A DNA stretch of 64,000 nt. Origin: Rickettsiales bacterium. GTDB lineage: Bacteria; Pseudomonadota; Alphaproteobacteria; Rickettsiales; Rickettsiaceae. Made by a program: the position numbers and the translations under genes. Position 1 is the first letter of the stretch. The number at the start of each line of letters is the position of its first letter. This document shows positions 30,327 to 40,416 of the stretch, piece after piece. The notes below the pieces were generated by a model. It made no database searches. It was not told the DNA's origin and was given only the letters and a program-made list of their open reading frames with translations. Location of the stretch: NCBI GenBank assembly GCA_947456795.1, contig CANGTI010000001.1:74900-138899 (forward strand), given 5' to 3'.

Positions 30327-31070
30327 TTATTTGTACAGATTTGTAAAGAATCTTTTGATTTGCCAGTTTGTAGGGTTAAAGCTATTACTCGTGGAGATAA
30401 TGACAAATTTTGCTTTAGCAACAAGTAGCTTTTCTGGTACATAGCCTAAATGACCTCTGCTATCTGCAGAATTGTCTCTGTTGTCTCCGATCAAGAAGTA
30501 GCATTGCTGTGGCACTAGATAAATTTGAGAATTAATGTGCGAACTGGGTCTTTTTTCTGTCTCATATATTGTGTAGCTTCTATTTCCGATTGTTTCTCTG
30601 TAACTATGCTCTATAAGACCTGCTTTGTTAATAAAGGAATGTAAAAACTCCTTTTTGGCTGCAACGCCATTTATAAAAAGTTTATTATTAATAAACTGAA
30701 TTTTATCTCCGGGTAAGCCTATCAATCTTTTGATCAGTCTGGGTTCGCTCCTGATTACTACTACGTCTCCTCTTGCAGGTATTTTTGCATAAATCCTTTG
30801 ACTGAAAGTTTTTTCTGGAAGTCGCAACGGCCATGCTGAATATGTGCTGTAACCATAATCATACTTTGTGGCCAAGATGAAGTCTCCAGGAGCAATAGTT
30901 GGTTCCATAGAACCTGTAGGAATACGAAAAAATTCAAAGACTAAACTGCGCGTAAATACCACTATGAGCAATAGCAAAGCTAAAGATCCAAACTGCGGTA
31001 TCGATTTGAAGGTGCAATAGAGGCCTCCTACCTTCTTTCTTACACTCTTTAAGTAACTCAATAAGGACAT
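30327..31070 (-). CDS. lepB: signal peptidase I
   Basis: IPTGSMEPT (catalytic Ser), KRLIGLPGD (Lys) and GDNRDNSADSR boxes. The ATG at 31070 is preferred over the TTG at 31103. Confidence 0.85.
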   Translation of the reverse strand: MSLLSYLKSVRKKVGGLYCTFKSIPQFGSLALLLLIVVFTRSLVFEFFRIPTGSMEPTIAPGDFILATKYDYGYSTYSAWPLRLPEKTFSQRIYAKIPARGDVVVIRSEPRLIKRLIGLPGDKIQFINNKLFINGVAAKKEFLHSFINKAGLIEHSYRETIGNRSYTIYETEKRPSSHINSQIYLVPQQCYFLIGDNRDNSADSRGHLGYVPEKLLVAKAKFVIISTSNSFNPTNWQIKRFFTNLYK

Positions 31071-31142
31071 ACTAAGAGAATTTGTTGAGAGCAGAATTAG
31101 CAAAACTCTACATTACAGCATATTATCCTAAACTTAGAGCAA

Positions 31143-31763
31143 TTACATGCAAAAGTAAGTATCGAAGGAATTTTGCAACACTTGATCAAATTCTTTGATT
31201 GAGACATCTTTACCCAATTTGCTACAAGAAGTCATTAAATAAGGGTCTATTCCGCATGGCCTAATTGACTTAAATTTATTCATGTTGGTCTCAATATTGA
31301 CGGCGCATCCGTGAAATACAATCCATTTACGCATGCGTATTCCAATAGAGGCAATTTTGCCAGCTCCCTTTACCCACACTCCTCTTTGAGTGGCATTTTG
31401 TTCTGCCTCAATGTCGAAATTTTTCAATGCTCCTATTATCCATTGCTCCAAGGTATTTAAATACCAGTGTAAATCTAACTTGTAATTATTGAGATTGAGT
31501 ATGGGGTAGATGATTCTTTGTCCGGGACCGTGGTATGTTATTGTGCCTCCCCTGTTTGTTTGTATCAACGGAATGTTACCTATAACAGATCTGTTATCTG
31601 ATTCTCCTGTTGTATAGACCTCTTCATATTCGAGCAAACAAATTTTACTTTTTCCTTTATTTTGTATCAAAAGCTCTACGTGATGATCCATCCGCTCCAT
31701 AAAATCCTGGTATAGAGTCGGAGTGTACGATATGTCCCAGTCAGGCATTTGAATATTTTGCAT
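31143..31763 (-). CDS. lipB: lipoyl(octanoyl) transferase
   Basis: NRGGTITYHGPGQRIIYPIL and the RPCG region are typical of LipB. The start is uncertain: ATG at 31763 or 31748, TTG at 31769. Confidence 0.85.
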   Translation of the reverse strand: MQNIQMPDWDISYTPTLYQDFMERMDHHVELLIQNKGKSKICLLEYEEVYTTGESDNRSVIGNIPLIQTNRGGTITYHGPGQRIIYPILNLNNYKLDLHWYLNTLEQWIIGALKNFDIEAEQNATQRGVWVKGAGKIASIGIRMRKWIVFHGCAVNIETNMNKFKSIRPCGIDPYLMTSCSKLGKDVSIKEFDQVLQNSFDTYFCM

Positions 31764-31786
31764 CTGCAAAAAATGCTAAATAGACT

Positions 31787-32566
31787 TTATTGTTTAAGTC
31801 CGTAGCCACTATCTAAAAGCTTTTTTGTAATAAAAGCAGTAGATAACATCACGATCAGCGTGATAACCACTCCATTGATTATCGCAACGTCACTATATCC
31901 AGTAAGCGAGTACCTAAATCCATCTATAAAGTAGAAGAAAGGGTTATAAAGGATGATTGATTGCATTTTTTTGGGCAGGCTGACTAAAGGATAAAACGTA
32001 CAAGATAAAAAAGATAAAGGGACGATTGTACAAGCCGTTACAGCGTACATGTGTCCAAAATCTTTAGACAATATCCCTGTTATCATGCCTAGCATAGAAA
32101 GTGTTGTAGAGGCGCTTATTGCAAAGTAAATAAGGCTTAAAAAGTCTGTTTTGAGTAAGTTAATTTGGGTAAACGGCAAGAGCACTATAAAGAGCAATAT
32201 TCCGGTACAAATTGCTTCTGTTACTGCCGACAGAGTGTGGCTAATCAATATTGAGGCACTGCTGAGGGGAGGAAACAGTAATTCGTAGACGTAGCCAATT
32301 ACTTTTGCTAGCACTATAGAGCCCGCAGTTGCTGAAAAAGCACTTTGCAGAATTAGTTGCATGCATAGTCCGCATACCATCAAGTCTTTTTGTGCAATTC
32401 CACAATGTTGTCCACTTGGGAGGCCAATTGATAAATTAAGTACTGCAAAAAGCGTTATAGAAGAAATGATTGGAGCAATGATTTTTTGACCAGCATTCGT
32501 GATAAACTTTTTGATCTCCTTTTTGTACAAACTATAACAGCCGTACCAATTCAAATTTCTTCTCAT
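31787..32566 (-). CDS. ABC-2 type transporter permease
   Basis: 259 aa with six hydrophobic segments and an ABC-2 (YadH-like) appearance. No adjacent ATPase gene. Confidence 0.6.
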   Translation of the reverse strand: MRRNLNWYGCYSLYKKEIKKFITNAGQKIIAPIISSITLFAVLNLSIGLPSGQHCGIAQKDLMVCGLCMQLILQSAFSATAGSIVLAKVIGYVYELLFPPLSSASILISHTLSAVTEAICTGILLFIVLLPFTQINLLKTDFLSLIYFAISASTTLSMLGMITGILSKDFGHMYAVTACTIVPLSFLSCTFYPLVSLPKKMQSIILYNPFFYFIDGFRYSLTGYSDVAIINGVVITLIVMLSTAFITKKLLDSGYGLKQ

Positions 32567-32609
32567 AGATACGGATTGAATCTGTCAGATTACTAAATTT
32601 CCTTGTACA

Positions 32610-34037
32610 ATGCCATTTGGTGCGTCTTATGCATTTGCAAGTGCAATGTATAGCAAAAATTCACCAACTTTCAAACTAGATGATACATATTTTGTGGGCA
32701 AGGGTAAAGTGATAGGCTCAAAAAAGATACATGTAAAAACTTATGGGTGTCAGATGAATACTTATGACTCTCTTAGGATGCAGAGCTTGTTGGAGCTTCA
32801 TGGATGCAAGACAGGTTTTGACATGTACGACGCTGAAGTAGTCATTCTCAATACTTGTCATATTCGTGAAAAGGCTACGGAAAAATTGTACTCCGAGCTT
32901 GGACGTATTGGTCGTACTTACGAAAAACTTAATAAAACGAAACCAATAATTGTGGTGGCAGGATGTGTGAGCCAGGCGGAAGGCAGCGAGATTTTTGCAC
33001 GATCGCCTTTTGTAGACGTAATAGTGGGCCCACAATCTTACCATACTCTGCCTTTTTTAATTGCCGAGATAGAATCTGGCAAAACTCAGCTTATCAATCT
33101 TGATTTTGTAGATTATAAAAAATTTGATCATCTTCCCGAAGAAAGTATGAGACAAGGTCCGAGTAGTTTTGTCTCTATTCAGGAAGGGTGTGATAAATTT
33201 TGCACTTTTTGTGTGGTGCCCTACACACGAGGGAAAGAATTTTCCAGACCTGTAGAACAGGTTTATAGAGAAGTATTGGGAGCAGTTTCTCTTGGAAGTC
33301 TAGAGGTTGTACTACTGGGACAAAATGTTAGCGCATACCACGGCAAGGGCATTGATGGTAAAGAATACGACCTTGCGGATCTGATATCCATGATCGCACA
33401 AATACCTAATCTAAGACGTATTAGGTATACCACCTCTCATCCTTCAGATATGACGGATAAATTACTCAGTCTGCACCAAACTGAATCAAAGCTTATGCCT
33501 TTTCTACATTTGCCATTTCAGTCTGGCTCTGATCGCATTCTCAAACTCATGAATAGAAAATATGACAGCAATCACTACCTAGAAATAATAAATTTTTTGA
33601 AAAAGCATAGACCAGATATAGCTTTTTCTTCTGATATTATTGTAGGATTTCCGGGCGAGACCGAGGAAGATTTTATGCATACTCTTGATCTTGTAGATAA
33701 GGTAGAATTTGCTCAATGTTATTCCTTTAAGTACAGTCCAAGGCCAGGTACTCCCAGTGCAATTTTGCCTCAGATTCCTGAAGCAGTGAAAGATGAGAGA
33801 CTCCAAATCTTACAGTCAAAATTGCAAGAACATCAACTGCGGTTTAATAAAAGCTTTGAGGGCAAAACGGTGCAAGTGCTTTTTGAGAAAGAGGGTAAAA
33901 AAGCTAATCAGATGTGGGGTAAAAGTGAGTATTTTCAATCTGTTCATGTTGAGGCAAATCCATGCTTGGAAGGAAAAATTTTAGAAGTTAGAATAGAAAA
34001 AGCCGGAATTAATGGCTTATTTGGCAGAGTTCATTGA
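32610..34037 (+). CDS. miaB: tRNA-i6A37 methylthiotransferase MiaB
   Basis: [10 protein letters not shown] (UPF0004 domain), radical-[14 protein letters not shown], and a C-terminal TRAM domain. Confidence 0.9.
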   Translation: MPFGASYAFASAMYSKNSPTFKLDDTYFVGKGKVIGSKKIHVKTYGCQMNTYDSLRMQSLLELHGCKTGFDMYDAEVVILNTCHIREKATEKLYSELGRIGRTYEKLNKTKPIIVVAGCVSQAEGSEIFARSPFVDVIVGPQSYHTLPFLIAEIESGKTQLINLDFVDYKKFDHLPEESMRQGPSSFVSIQEGCDKFCTFCVVPYTRGKEFSRPVEQVYREVLGAVSLGSLEVVLLGQNVSAYHGKGIDGKEYDLADLISMIAQIPNLRRIRYTTSHPSDMTDKLLSLHQTESKLMPFLHLPFQSGSDRILKLMNRKYDSNHYLEIINFLKKHRPDIAFSSDIIVGFPGETEEDFMHTLDLVDKVEFAQCYSFKYSPRPGTPSAILPQIPEAVKDERLQILQSKLQEHQLRFNKSFEGKTVQVLFEKEGKKANQMWGKSEYFQSVHVEANPCLEGKILEVRIEKAGINGLFGRVH

Positions 34038-34076
34038 ATTTTAATTATTTATAAAATCTTAAAATCGCTCTCTGGG

Positions 34077-36473
34077 ATGCATCTGTTCTTTCGCTTATTG
34101 GTGTCTTTTTGTACACTGTCGTTGCTAATTTTTGCATACGTATTTTTACATTATTCCAGCTCGCTACCTAATTACGAGACATTAAAGAATTATCAGCCGG
34201 TACAAATCACTAGAATATACTCTGCAGATTTTAAGCTCATAGAAGAATATGGCATGCAAAAGAGAGTTTTTGTTCCAATCTCTTCTATTCCATCTCTTGT
34301 AAAAAATGCCTTTATTGCAGCCGAAGATAAAAATTTTTATCACCATAACGGAATAGATTTTACAAGTACAATTCAAGCGGCTCTTTATGCAATTCCCAGA
34401 ATCTACAGCAAAAGGACTCTAAAAGGTGGTTCCACCATTACTCAACAAGTGGTCAAAAACTTGTTACTTTCTTCAGAACGTACAGTTGATAGAAAAATCA
34501 AAGAGCTAATTTTAGCGACTGTAATTTCTAAAAAACTTTCAAAAGATCAGATATTAGAGCTATATTTAAATCAAATTTACTTTGGTCTAGGTGTTTATGG
34601 CATTGCTACTGCGTCTAAGTACTATTTTGATAAATCTGTCGAACACTTATCAATTGCAGAAGTAGCTTTTTTATCTGGTTTGTTAAGTTCTCCTTTGAAT
34701 TGTGATCCTCGTACGAATTATAAAAGGGCCAAAACGAGAAGAAATTACGCTTTGTGTCGAATGTACGAAAATAAATTTATTACGGCACAAGAAATGCAAG
34801 ATGCTCTTGCTTCTGAAATTCTGATGAAAAAGCGCGAATCGCCAGGGCTACAAGCTCCTCATTATGCACAAAAAGTCAGAGAGCTTGCGATTCAAAAAGT
34901 TGGTTCTCAACTTTTTTATTCCGGAGGTTTGACTATTGTCACGACGCTTAATTCTCAATATCAAGAAGACGCTTATAAGGCCTTATCACAAGGATTATAT
35001 AAGTATGATGCTGCTAATGCATATAAAGGCTCTTTAGGACAAATAGACATTGCTTCTTGGAAAGAGAACTTGAATAAATTCGGTACTAGGCTCAATCTTC
35101 ATAAGGGTATTGAGATTGCTGTGATTACATCTATTGATGAAGCTCTTAGCTTGTATACCATAGGTCTTGGCAACGGAGATATTGCGCTTCTTGCAAACAA
35201 GGGTAGCTTTCAAAACGTACTAAAACCTGCATATAAAAAGAAGACATTATGTATTGGTGACGTAATTATCGTTTGTAAAGAGCATGGTCAATATCAGTTG
35301 ACTCAAATGCCTGAGTGTGACGGTGCTATATTTGCCATGCAGCCACATAGTGGCAAAGTCCTTGCAATGGTTGGAGGCTATAACTATGAAGCAAGTAAGT
35401 TTGACAGAGCCACTCAAGCAAAAAGACAGATAGGATCTCTTGTGAAAACTTTCGTCTATCTTGCGGCGTTAGAGAATAACTTAGAACCCAATACGATCTT
35501 TGTGGATGAGCCCATAGAAATTTCTCAAGGCTCTCACCTCCCCTCTTGGACTCCAAAAAATTTCAGTGGAAAATTTTTAGGTCCAATGACCATGAGGACT
35601 GCATTTGAAAATTCTTGTAATACAGTGACCGTAAAGATCGGGGAATTGCTTGGCATTGGTACAATCAGCAAATTGATCTCTCGTTTGGGCATTGCAGTTG
35701 GGGACAAGCAATATTTGTCTATTGTTTTGGGTGCTATTGAGTCTACTTTATCTCAAGTGGTTTCAGCTTATGCTGCTGTAATAAACGGTGGATATGCTGT
35801 CAAACCTATTTTCATAGAATATATACAGGATTCTAAAGGCAGAGTTATATACAGCAATAGTCTTTGTATGAAAGATGCTTTTGCTGAATCAAATGATCCA
35901 CCGGTATTTTTGCAAAAGACTGGTCCAAGAGTCATAGATGAGGCGAGTGCATACCAATTAACATCAATGATGGTGGGTGCGGCAAAACGAGGCACTGCTA
36001 GAGGTTTTGGTAATCGGTTTAAACATGTGGTAGGAGGCAAAACGGGTACAACTAGCGAAAATCGTGATGTGTGGTTTATTGGTTTTGCAAATGATCTGGT
36101 TGTGGGTAGTTATGTGGGGCACGATTTGCCTCAAAGCCTTGGTCAACATGCTTTTGGTGCAACAGTAGCATTACCTATTGTAGCCTCTTTTATGGATCAG
36201 GCATTACAAAGCAAGCCTGTCGTTCAGTTTAGAATTCCCAAAAATATTAGATTGCAAGTAGTAGACATCAATACTGGTGTTGCAACTCATAGGAGCGAAA
36301 ACACTTTAGTTGAGGCATTTAAAATCAATCCTGAGGCAGGTATTGTACCAACAGAAGCACTAAATCTAGATGAAAAAACTAGTGTGCCTGAAATAAAAGA
36401 AAAATTTGACGACACTGAAGAGTCAGATTTAGAGATGATGGACGAGGAGATGTTTAATTTAGAGGATCAGTAA
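34077..36473 (+). CDS. mrcA: penicillin-binding protein 1A (bifunctional glycosyltransferase/transpeptidase)
   Basis: 798 aa. N-terminal TM anchor. GT51 motifs EDKNFYHHNGID and GGSTITQQ. Transpeptidase motifs SLVK, SCN and KTGT. Acidic C-terminal tail. Confidence 0.9.
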   Translation: MHLFFRLLVSFCTLSLLIFAYVFLHYSSSLPNYETLKNYQPVQITRIYSADFKLIEEYGMQKRVFVPISSIPSLVKNAFIAAEDKNFYHHNGIDFTSTIQAALYAIPRIYSKRTLKGGSTITQQVVKNLLLSSERTVDRKIKELILATVISKKLSKDQILELYLNQIYFGLGVYGIATASKYYFDKSVEHLSIAEVAFLSGLLSSPLNCDPRTNYKRAKTRRNYALCRMYENKFITAQEMQDALASEILMKKRESPGLQAPHYAQKVRELAIQKVGSQLFYSGGLTIVTTLNSQYQEDAYKALSQGLYKYDAANAYKGSLGQIDIASWKENLNKFGTRLNLHKGIEIAVITSIDEALSLYTIGLGNGDIALLANKGSFQNVLKPAYKKKTLCIGDVIIVCKEHGQYQLTQMPECDGAIFAMQPHSGKVLAMVGGYNYEASKFDRATQAKRQIGSLVKTFVYLAALENNLEPNTIFVDEPIEISQGSHLPSWTPKNFSGKFLGPMTMRTAFENSCNTVTVKIGELLGIGTISKLISRLGIAVGDKQYLSIVLGAIESTLSQVVSAYAAVINGGYAVKPIFIEYIQDSKGRVIYSNSLCMKDAFAESNDPPVFLQKTGPRVIDEASAYQLTSMMVGAAKRGTARGFGNRFKHVVGGKTGTTSENRDVWFIGFANDLVVGSYVGHDLPQSLGQHAFGATVALPIVASFMDQALQSKPVVQFRIPKNIRLQVVDINTGVATHRSENTLVEAFKINPEAGIVPTEALNLDEKTSVPEIKEKFDDTEESDLEMMDEEMFNLEDQ

Positions 36474-36545
36474 ATAAACTATCTGCATCCTCTTATTCAA
36501 GAGCTTTGGGGAGTTCGTTTTTATTATTGTTTTCGTATCAAATGA

Positions 36546-38228
36546 GTGAAATATTACTTTTTCAGCCTTCTAGGCTTGGCTTTCTTTTGGAACCCAATTT
36601 TGCACAATTATCTTTTAAAAAGCGGAAATCCTTGGGGAATTTATTTGCAAGATTTAGCTGGGTCGTCATGTATCGTTCTGTATATTGTTACTTTTCTGCA
36701 AAATTTTTTTCCAGTTTTAACAAAGGTACACTCGTATTGCTGGTATATTACTCTCTTTGTTTGTTTGTCACTTTGCCCTTCTTTTATTTTGATTTTGTAT
36801 CCACAAGATTTTTTCTGGATACTCAATGCTATGACTGCAAATTGTATTTTTCTTCTGCTACTACAATTCAGGCTGTATGTTCTGCTTTCGTTTGTAGGAT
36901 TATTTTGTAGCATTGCATTGCACTTTTATTTTGATCCTAAAGCTGCATTTTTCACTATTTGGAGTTTTACTGCATATTGTTTTGGTACAGGTGTTGGCAT
37001 TATTGCTAAAAAAATTTCTAGCTACAAGATATCTGATTATGCAATGCAATTAAAATCAGTAAAAGACAAGCTCGAAAGTTACACATTTTTTATGCAATAT
37101 GTAAGCCACGAAATTCGCATACCTTTACAAGGCATTAAGGGAGTTTCTGGTTTATTGCTTTCTAAATCAGCTTCTTCCTTAGATACACTACATTATCTCA
37201 ATATTTTGCAAGCCAGTTGTACTCAGCTTTTACTCACTGCTTCTAATGTGCTGGATTTTACAAAATTCATAGAGCAATACCGAGTTTTAAATCGCACTGA
37301 ATGCAATTTGCAAAGCATTATTCATAGCGTAGTAGAGGAAATGCTTGCTCTGAGTGTGTTGCAAAATTCACGTATTACAGTGCATTGTAACCTAACGGAG
37401 ATTTACATCGACGGGCCGAAAATGACTCACATTATGAGAAATTTACTCTCTAATGCACTTCAAAATACAAAAAATGGCAAAATCAGTATTCAGGCATTTT
37501 TAATGAAAGGAGAGCTTTTGTATGTAAGTGTGATAGACACTGGAGTAGGTATTTCTGTTGAGGAAATGAATAAAATATTTGATAAATTTTCCCAGGCTGC
37601 GTTACCAAGTAAAACAGATGCTAATGGAATTGGATTATTGATAGTCTCGTATTTTATACGTATGCATCTTGGCACAGTATGGGTGGAGCAAAACTTTCCT
37701 CATGGTTCAATTTTTGCTTTTAGTGTTCAATTAAATTCTACAATGCCCTCTCATTACAAAAAAGCAAATGTGCAAAATCGCAATAACATTTTTAGAGAAG
37801 AAAACATTTTTTGGAACAACGTTAAAGACCATACTCTTCAAATGGCAAAACTTTGGATTAATAAGGCTGTTTTGCATGCCTTAATCATCGATGATGATGA
37901 TCTGAGTCTGCTTTCGTCCAAGCTGATTTTGGAAAGCGTGGGATTTATAGTATTGCAGGCCAAAAGTTGCGTGGATGCAGTAGAGATATTGAAAAACAAG
38001 AAAGTTGCATTGATACTTCTTGATATTGTAATAGGCAAAGATGACGTAAATGATTGCTTAGACCAGATTTGTGCTCAGTCTCCAAATGCAAATGTGATAT
38101 TACAAACTGGCATAACGCGTAGCTTCTTTAATCAAACTAGATTTCATGCTGGTGTGATAGGCTATCTCTTAAAACCTTATGGCAAATCAGATTTAGAAAG
38201 GATTTTGCTAGCTTTATGTAAGGCGTAA
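36546..38228 (+). CDS. hybrid sensor histidine kinase/response regulator
   Basis: 560 aa. A polytopic N-terminus of about 150 aa. H-box SHEIRIPLQGI, N-box NLLSNALQNT, G1 DTGVGI, G2 GIGLLIV. C-terminal receiver with IIDDDD...LLDIV...LQTG...LLKPY. GTG start. Confidence 0.8.
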   Translation: MKYYFFSLLGLAFFWNPILHNYLLKSGNPWGIYLQDLAGSSCIVLYIVTFLQNFFPVLTKVHSYCWYITLFVCLSLCPSFILILYPQDFFWILNAMTANCIFLLLLQFRLYVLLSFVGLFCSIALHFYFDPKAAFFTIWSFTAYCFGTGVGIIAKKISSYKISDYAMQLKSVKDKLESYTFFMQYVSHEIRIPLQGIKGVSGLLLSKSASSLDTLHYLNILQASCTQLLLTASNVLDFTKFIEQYRVLNRTECNLQSIIHSVVEEMLALSVLQNSRITVHCNLTEIYIDGPKMTHIMRNLLSNALQNTKNGKISIQAFLMKGELLYVSVIDTGVGISVEEMNKIFDKFSQAALPSKTDANGIGLLIVSYFIRMHLGTVWVEQNFPHGSIFAFSVQLNSTMPSHYKKANVQNRNNIFREENIFWNNVKDHTLQMAKLWINKAVLHALIIDDDDLSLLSSKLILESVGFIVLQAKSCVDAVEILKNKKVALILLDIVIGKDDVNDCLDQICAQSPNANVILQTGITRSFFNQTRFHAGVIGYLLKPYGKSDLERILLALCKA

Positions 38229-38514
38229 GGGTTTGCTTTCCTAAACATGTTATTGTGGCTGTGCGCATTTACTTTTTTATAGTTATAATTGATGCACTTT
38301 TTCTAAAAAAATTCCTTTAAAAATTGTAGTTGTTGCTATTTTGAGTCTTAACATATTTGCCATTACACGGCCGTGCAATACGAGCAAGCAGAGCGAATAA
38401 CATTTGTGAAGGCAGTTATGATCTTACTCACATGCACAGCCCAGACTTCCTAGCTATTGAGCCTTGATACGAGATAGAGGGAGGATGAATTATCCTCCCC
38501 TTAAGGCGATCACT

Positions 38515-38651
38515 CCTCATCATGTTCTGGGATTGCTCCCAGTGGTACCTACCTCAAGAACGATCTAGCGATGCATCATGAGATGGGTCTTCATTTAAAG
38601 CTTCTGGTCGCGATTGATCTTTTGCTTGTTTTTCTATCTGGGCTTTTATGT
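38515..38651. repeat. copy 1 of a ~137-bp direct repeat (offset 164 bp): orphan duplicate of the last 31 codons plus 3' flank of the decayed gene
   Basis: Aligned by eye to 38679-38815. The minus frame reads ...IKAQIEKQAKDQSRPEALNEDPSHDASLDRS* with its stop at 38556-38554. Confidence 0.8.
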
Positions 38652-38678
38652 ATTGCCCCCCTCCAAAGCCCTATCATT

Positions 38679-38815
38679 CCGCATCATGTTATGGGGATTT
38701 CTCACGGGGTGCCTACCTCAAGAACGATCTAGAGATGCATCATGATATTGGTCTTCATTTAAAGCTTCTGGGCGTGATTGATCTTTCGCTTGTTTTTCTA
38801 TCTGGGCTTTTATAT
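38679..38815. repeat. copy 2 of the ~137-bp direct repeat (the genuine 3' end of the decayed coiled-coil gene)
   Basis: The minus frame reads ...IKAQIEKQAKDQSRPEALNEDQYHDASLDRS* with its stop at 38720-38718. Confidence 0.8.
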
Positions 38816-40030
38816 CGCGCAATGTCTTGCCTGCTTTTGATAATTCTTGCGCAACTTTAGAGTGTTCCAATTCTGCATCTCGTAATTCTATACTAGCACC
38901 TTGAATATACTCGTGATGTTTTTCGTAAACCCAATTAATAAGTGCTTTATTTATTGTGCCTTGATTTTTGCGAGTTTCTAATCTTGCATTAAAGTCAGTA
39001 AACCTATATTGCCCAGGCTCTAGTACACTTTCTTACCATTCCATTTGCCTAATCTCTATACTCTCTTCTTCACGTTGGGCCGTTTTTAATAATTTTTCCA
39101 TTGTTGTGCTTGCTTCTTTTTTTGCTTTTAATGCCTCCCCAGCTTGTCTGGCCAAATCTTTTGCAGAATTGCACTCAGTCTGTATAACGTCTATCTCAGA
39201 GGTTTGTCTTGCTTCCTTAGCTTTGCGTTTCAGCAATATCTCCTACAATATCTTATTATAGTGAGTTTGCATGTGTACTGTGTTTTGCTCTATATGCGCT
39301 TGTGCTCCAGCTAAATATGTCTTTACCTCTAACTCTGTCCTCACATCTAATGCTAACTTTTGGGCTACGGCTCTTTTCTGTTTGCATTGAGCATCCAGTG
39401 GGTCTATTTCAATACTCTCACAACTTCTGCTTCCCGCTTTGTTTTTTTTAAACTTTGATACAAATTTGGAGCAATTTGCACAAGTATTGGGTCCCTTTGC
39501 ATTTGATACAAGAGTATTTCTTGCGTTTGATACTCTGTCAAAACATCTGCAGATTTTGTTTGTACTAGTTGTACATTTTGCTGAGCTATAGTTAATTTGT
39601 TCTGAGCCATAGTTTGAGCTGTACTTAACTCGTGCTTAGATTTAGCGTGGCCGCAGATGGTTTCGTTTTCATCATGAGCTGATTGTGGGTTTTTTGTATC
39701 TCTGCTACTTTTTCTTTTGCTCTTCGTAGCTCATCCGATGGCCCTTTCAAGAGAGCGATCTCTTCTCTTTCGTCTCCATAAGAGTTGTCCTGAGGGCTTT
39801 GCTGCTTGATACGAGTTTTGCTAGATCCCGCCATTGCGTGGTTAGGATTTCTATCACGTGCGTTTTTTCTGCTTTGCTTATTTTTGCTACTTTTTCTCGG
39901 GCCTCTATTGCTTTGGCTCACACGGCATAACATTGAATTTCTGCATTGACCAAATCTTTTTGATGTAATGCACTTGATGAGTTTATTGGCTCATCCGTTG
40001 AGTATTTTGCCAGAACTTGTGGGGACCTGG
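38718..40030 (-). pseudogene. decayed gene for a ~430-aa coiled-coil protein of unknown family
   Basis: My own translation finds helical K/E/Q/A-rich sequence running across ORF-track fragments 39625..39933, 39404..39610 and 39033..39236, plus an unlisted open segment 38718..39032. There are in-frame stops (TAG 39245-39243, TAA 39035-39033) and at least three frame changes. The 5' limit is uncertain. Confidence 0.6.
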
Positions 40031-40208
40031 CTCGTAACTTATTTAACAGGTCTCAAGTTGCAGATGTTTCTTGTTCGTGCTTTTTTTTGGCTTGTTTAGT
40101 CTACGGCTGAGGTACTAGAGTGCAAACACTGGACAACTCATATACCAACATACCCTTCATAAAGAAGTTTATATAGAGCGTTTTGATTTATTGATTACTT
40201 GGGCCTTT

Positions 40209-40255
40209 TCACAAGGCTTTGATAATTGCATCTTTTGGATTTTGTGTTCTTTTGA
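40209..40255 (-). repeat. duplicate of the murG 3' end (remnant encoding ...KDAIIKAL*)
   Basis: 40209-40232 is identical over 24 nt to 42885-42908 (TCACAAGGCTTTGATAATTGCATC). The next ~23 nt match at about two thirds of positions. The remnant reads LKRTQNPKDAIIKAL*, versus murG LKNKSRNNLKDAIIKAL*. Confidence 0.8.
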
Positions 40256-40267
40256 GCGCAAAGAGTT

Positions 40268-40293
40268 AGGGCTTGCTAGATAAAGCAAGCCCT
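40268..40293 (-). terminator. GC-rich hairpin AGGGCTTGC-tagataaa-GCAAGCCCT
   Basis: 9-bp perfect stem read directly, only weakly T-flanked. It lies between the ORFan and the murG remnant. Confidence 0.3.
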
Positions 40294-40386
40294 GGCTTTG
40301 GATCTTTCTGATCAATGCAGATCTACCAAGGCTAAGTATAAAATACCTAAGGAACCCCTGGGCCAGGGCAAATTCACTTGCAAAGA

Positions 40387-40416
40387 GATGGAGGCAAGTA
40401 AATATTTACCTCCATC
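40387..40416 (-). terminator. hairpin GATGGAGG-(14 nt)-CCTCCATC, 37 nt downstream of the ORFan stop
   Basis: 8-bp perfect stem with an internally palindromic loop (GTAAATATTTAC). The minus strand continues TCTTTG. Confidence 0.4.

Noticed and set aside
36506-36910. 134-aa ORF overlapping the kinase N-terminus in another frame
   Set aside because: The 36546 frame continues uninterrupted into the HisKA, HATPase and REC domains. The alternative frame ends after 134 aa and simply mirrors a T-rich membrane-coding region.
38648-39261. Plus-strand ORFs 38648..38860 (70 aa) and 38968..39261 (97 aa) in the accessory stretch
   Set aside because: They are antisense to the decayed coiled-coil gene. Between the two repeat copies, all six substitutions change the amino acid in the plus frame, but four of six are synonymous in the minus frame. 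The minus strand is therefore the coding one.
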